Below, one piece after another: positions 59,332 through 64,000 of a DNA stretch of 64,000 nucleotides. The stretch comes from Zygnema circumcarinatum SAG 698-1b. Taxonomy: Eukaryota; Plantae; Zygnematophyceae. The position numbers and the translations under genes were made by a program. The stretch spans positions 2,046,001 to 2,110,000 of the forward strand of contig CM074815.1 in assembly GCA_037447605.1 (NCBI GenBank), in the 5' to 3' direction. Numbering within the stretch: the stretch's first letter is position 1; each line of letters starts with the position of its first letter. The notes below the pieces were generated by a model that made no database searches, was not told where the DNA came from, and saw only the letters and a list, made by a program, of their open reading frames with translations.

Positions 59332-62300
59332 TCATCCCGGAGGCCGCTTTTGAACATAGGCTACCTTGCTTCCCTTCTCTTTGGCAGAGTCTATCCCCCC
59401 CCGCCTGTCCTCCCTCCTCTTCCTCCCACCCCCTCTCACATTTCTCGCATTCCTACCACCACTCTCTCCCTTCCCTTGCATCCCCATCTCACCATTGACC
59501 CCTAAGCCCTTATCCGGCACCTGCACCTCCACCCTGTCTGACCCCTTCATTTCCTTCTCTTGCATTCCGAGATGCGAGCCTTCATCGTTCCTTTCCACTG
59601 CTGCTCCCTCTCTCACATCCGACATCTCTTCAACCTCTCCCTCTCTCGCTAGCTGAACCCCATCAGCCTCCTCCCGCCCGCTCGCGTCTCCAAAAACTGC
59701 AACTTCCTCACTATTATGCCCCGCCCATTCCGGCTGACTCTGCCTCTCTACAAAAGCCTCTTTCCCGGAAACTTCCACGTTGAATGTATCGGGATTGAAG
59801 ACCTCAGTTTCTGCTGCGGCTTCAGCAAGTGCCCATCCTGCAATTCCACCATCACAAATTATTCCAATGCGAATCATGACCTCATCCCCTCTCCTTCCCA
59901 TTCCCCCTTAGTCCTCACCCTTGTTTTCCCATTTATCCTTTCCAAATTCTCTGTCTCCCCATCTTTAAAATCAACCCTATTCCTATCCCTTCAGATCCCT
60001 AGTCCCTTCCCCCCCCCCACCCCCCTTCAACAAAAGTTCGAGCAAAAGGGGAAGAAGATAGAAGCAATTTCGAAACCTCTCTAAGCTCTACAGACAAGGG
60101 GGGGGCACTTACTCATTGCCAAGAAGTCTCTGCATACCGCCACAAGTGCCTCCACTGCCTTATAACGTTCACTCACAACTCCGCCATTTCTAGGCCCATG
60201 TAACAGGCTCTGCTGGACTACCTCTCCCTCCCCTCCCCTAACTCCATGAGCCCCACACTCAATCCCCTCTCTCTCAGCGCCATCTACCTCCTCCTGCCCA
60301 GCATTCACACTACACCGTTCCATAACTTCACCCCTCTCATTCGTCAGAGGGACCTGGGAAGCTCCTGCTTGAATGGCCTCACTCTGCACAGGAACTGAGT
60401 CTCCATGAGCAGTGTTCTGAGTTCGCACCGGTCGCCAGACCTGCGTAGTTCTTTTCCCTCCTGTCGGCTGCTTTCCTGCTTGAGAAGCGTGACTTACAGG
60501 CCCACTTAGCCGCATGTCCGAAACCTCCGCTGTAACCTCCGTTGGCCTATCTTCATTACCACTTCTCTCGCACTGTCCAGCACTTACCCCTCCCCCTTGC
60601 AGGCCCTTTCGACTATCGTTTTGCAACTCGCCACTTCCTCCTCTGCTACCATCTCCCTGAGCATCTACCCTTACTACCCCTTGCGTGCATAGCTGAGCAG
60701 CGGATTCAGAATGTTGGAGATAGTCTTCAGCAGAGATGGAAGTATCTCTTGAGACTTGACTCCAAGCATGACCTTGGGCGGAGGAGCCAAGAAGGGGAAC
60801 ACTTAAAGAGCCAACCAGCAAAACCAATGGCTCTTCTTCAGTAACTGTCTTTTGACTTTCTCGACCCTTATTCCTGACCAGCTTCTGACCAACAGATGCT
60901 GTAGAAGTAGCAGTCACTCCAGCAGGTTCATTCTCACTAGGCAATACTGAGCGATAGAATCTTTCAGCCACAGGATACTGTGCATTTGGCAGGCTACTCT
61001 CACTTGATATATGAGTAGAAACCCCTTGCCTCATATCTGCAGCTAGCACTATGGAGGTCTCCGGCTTTGAGACTCCTGTCCTACTACTATCATGTCCCAC
61101 CGGCCTGTCTCCACAGTTGTTGAGGACAGATTCATGTCCTAATGTACCCGAGGTAATCTCCCTAGACATCATTTCTTCAGCATTACCATCATTAGACCTG
61201 AATGTATTTCTCTCTTCCTCCTGCAGTCCTGTAACTGAGTCCTTCTCAGACTCAGCCGACTCCGCTAACTGAGCCTCATATCTACCATGACCGTTCGACA
61301 TAGTACCCACTCCCACAGGATGCGAAGAGAGAGCAGACCCTCGCCTTGTGAGTGCTGTCTGACGTATTTTTCCTGTTGGGCTATCCATTTTCTGCGAAAG
61401 CTCCGGCCACTCCTCAACTTGATTCACAAGCCTACTTCCAGGCAATACTCGTGTCTCTGAACCCTCCTTCAAGCCATTGCCCTCTGAAGGAGGATTTACC
61501 CTCCTCCCAATCTCCTCTGCAAGACTCGTATCGTGGCTACCACCTGTGCGTACCATTCCTGGCCATCCCTCACTATTAAAATTGTTTTCCCTGCTAGAAG
61601 AATTTTGAGATGTGCCCACCTCAGCTGAACTTCCAGAATTAACTTCTGCATTTTGAGTTACCTGCTGCTTCACAAACACATCTCTACGTTCCCCATTCCT
61701 GCCTTGATTTATCTGTTGCGACACTGCTGAAATCCCCTTCCCATTCTCGGCTCTGCCAGTAACTACAGGTGGGTGTATTCTATGGAATCCCCCTCCCCCC
61801 CCTTCCTTCCCACATAGTGACTGCTGCTTGCTAGCCGCAGCGTCAGGTAAGACCTCCATAGCCGGCCCTTGGCTAAAGTTGCCTCCACCACCTATAGAAG
61901 AAAAAAGGCCATTTTTCCGGACTGTTGGCAAGAGCCCCCCAGCCCGGGCTGAATCTCTGCCTGCAAGAGAAGGAACAGAAGTTCGCAGCTTCTGTGAAGT
62001 GGGAGGTAGTGATTTGGAGCTTAACCCATTCTCCTCCTTCTGCTGAGGAGCCGATGCCTCCCATCTACTAGTAACGCGCTCTACATTTTTTCCGGCTTCA
62101 TATCTCCGAGACTGCTTTTGGCGTGTTGGTAAGCTCGTTCCTTGAGAGAGGCCCTGTGGAGGGGAGATAGCATCCACATGATTACTATCCTTGGGAGCCT
62201 GCGGAGCATCTTCAGCCTCAACTTCAGCAACCGAAGTTTGAATCCTCATTCCTGAATGGGTATGAGATATCCTCAGCCCAGCACTCAGCCCGTTCTCTAA

Positions 62301-63851
62301 ATTTCGGGTTTCTTCCTCACCATTCCTGCCAACCCCAAGAGGTCCTCGCTCTGGAAACTCTCTGCTCTGCTGTACTTTTCCCCATTTCTGATGGTTCTGC
62401 CTCCCAATGCGCCTCTCTCTCCCACCAGGATATCCGTTTTGAAACTCCGACGGCTTCTTCACACCTTCACTTCTTAATCTTCGTGCATCAGTAGCTCCCA
62501 CTCCTGTTTTCTCTCCCTTCTCGCCGATCAAGCGCCCAGGCTTACCTACTCCCTCATAATTACTCCTCTGGCCAGAGAATCCATCGTCATCCCCCTCCAT
62601 GCGTTCCCTTATTCTGTTTCTCCGCTGCCTTTCATCGAACATGTTCGAAGCTTGCATGTCAAATGGACCTCGACTATGTACTGGAGGTCTCACACGATGA
62701 TCCACCTCTCCCACACCGTTCGTAACAAGCGACCGCTCCTCGGGAGGCGTAGCACTCTCACTGCTCTCTCCATGGTGTTGCTCACCATTAGCCTCATCCC
62801 TCTCTTCGCTAATCTCTCTCGTACTGGTCTCCACACCCTCAGGAAATAAACCACCATTCACACTAATGGGAATTGCGTTTTCTGAATCCCTGCCAGCTTC
62901 ATCACACTCTCCCTCCTTCGCATCCTCCATGAGTGAGAGCTCAGTGTACCTCCCTGAAGGCGCTTCTTCCCCTTCTCCACTCGCGTCCTCCGCTTGGCTT
63001 GTTTCCTCATCTCCCAGCCCCTCTCCCTCTGCACCTACGGCTCTACCTTCGAAAGAGGTTGAAGAGACCTGTTCATCCCACCTTCCCTCAAGCTCTGTTC
63101 CTTCCACAGCCTTTCCACTCACCGTCACGCCATTTTTTGTTTTCACATCCTTGCTGCCTCGTTGCCGCTGCTTCTTTTGACGTTTCTTCTCCAGAAGCTT
63201 TGCTCTCCTGAGCACCACATGCAAAATACAGAACTTTGTATCAGCAACATACAAAGAGCGTTACATCGATTCACCTCCCATTAGTTTCTACGGATACAGG
63301 GAAAGGCGGAGCAAGCATATACTTTTCCTGTGCTGCTTCCTCCTCCTCTACCAAAGCTTGCTGCCGTCGTAGCGCCTCTGCGTCCTTGTCAGCCATCCAT
63401 CGCTGTATCTGCATAATATAAAAATACCTCAAATCGAATCAATCTCTTAGGAATCCCACAGAAAAAAAAAGTGACCTTTTTGCTTTTTAAGGGTACGACT
63501 GAATACTCACGAGTACACACCAGCTTTTTTTGCTGTCAAGCTTCACACAAAAAGCATGTCTCTTTCAACTCCAAAACCAAGGATGAAGCATACCAGTTTG
63601 AACTCCAGGAGGAAGGCAACTGAAGCCACAATGTTGTTGTGCTCCAAGCCGAATTGAGCAGCATGGCTCTGGAAAATGTAACGCTGCACTGCCACTGAAG
63701 TACCCCCTCGAAGGAACGTCTTCTCACTGGCTAAGTCCAGAATCTCGAACACTCGGTCAACTGATACAGGTGAAAGAAGGACCTCGCTCTGAGCCATCTC
63801 CTGAAGCAGCCAAAGAACGTACCACCCAAGATGTTCGGGCAAATGAATCAC
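59332..63851 (-). CDS. Plant C2H2-like zinc-finger family protein (At5g52010/At4g25610-like), C-terminal part with a very long low-complexity exon; 5' end outside the window
   Basis: QRYIF...FGLEHNNIVASVAFLLEFKL-IQRWMADKDAEALRRQQALVEEEEAAQEK-RAKLLEKKRQKKQRQ and terminal DFLAMR-W recall the conserved coiled-coil and C-terminal motifs of this family. The zinc finger itself is not in the window. Confidence 0.7.
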
Positions 63852-64000
63852 AGTTTAGGTTCGCATTCAACTCATCCCCAAACTTGCCGTGTACGGATCC
63901 TAGCATAGCAAAATGTACCAGTTATTACAAGTTTGTACTATATCAGCTATGCACGCTAATAAGTAAAGGGTTTACTCTAACCTATATCATAGGAGCTTCC

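Overview
Eukaryotic nuclear DNA, most likely from a streptophyte green lineage (charophyte alga or bryophyte grade). This is inferred from plant-type genes with many GT-AG introns and a 5S rRNA fragment resembling bryophyte/charophyte 5S. Bases 1 to about 11,000 are a nest of LTR retrotransposons containing several 10-N assembly gaps. It holds a very young, internally deleted Copia, an iMet-primed LTR fragment, two chromodomain-bearing Ty3/gypsy copies (one lacking RT) and a Copia solo LTR with a 5-bp TSD. Bases 12,000-64,000 are gene-dense, with ten spliced genes: AVT6-type amino-acid transporter, nodulin-like MFS transporter, PGAP4/TMEM246-like glycosyltransferase, carbonyl-reductase-type SDR, HhH-GPD DNA glycosylase, a BED-finger hAT transposase-derived gene with an intact DDE triad, NAT9, an Aha1_N protein, EXO70 and a 5'-truncated C2H2-associated coiled-coil gene. 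Introns are packed with GA/CT microsatellites. Most intergenic intervals carry non-coding mobile-looking structure. (1) A dispersed family of AACCATTG/CAATGGTT palindromic arrays occurs at five loci; one brackets a Box-A-deleted 5S rRNA copy in long inverted repeats. (2) A Mutator-type MITE has a perfect 9-bp TSD and sits next to a related element. (3) A hairpin-terminated dispersed repeat occurs in four copies. (4) A 27-bp minisatellite of about 40 units lies just upstream of NAT9. (5) Eight G-box/ABRE motifs cluster in the SDR/glycosylase divergent region. No database searches were run; family assignments rest on recalled motifs.
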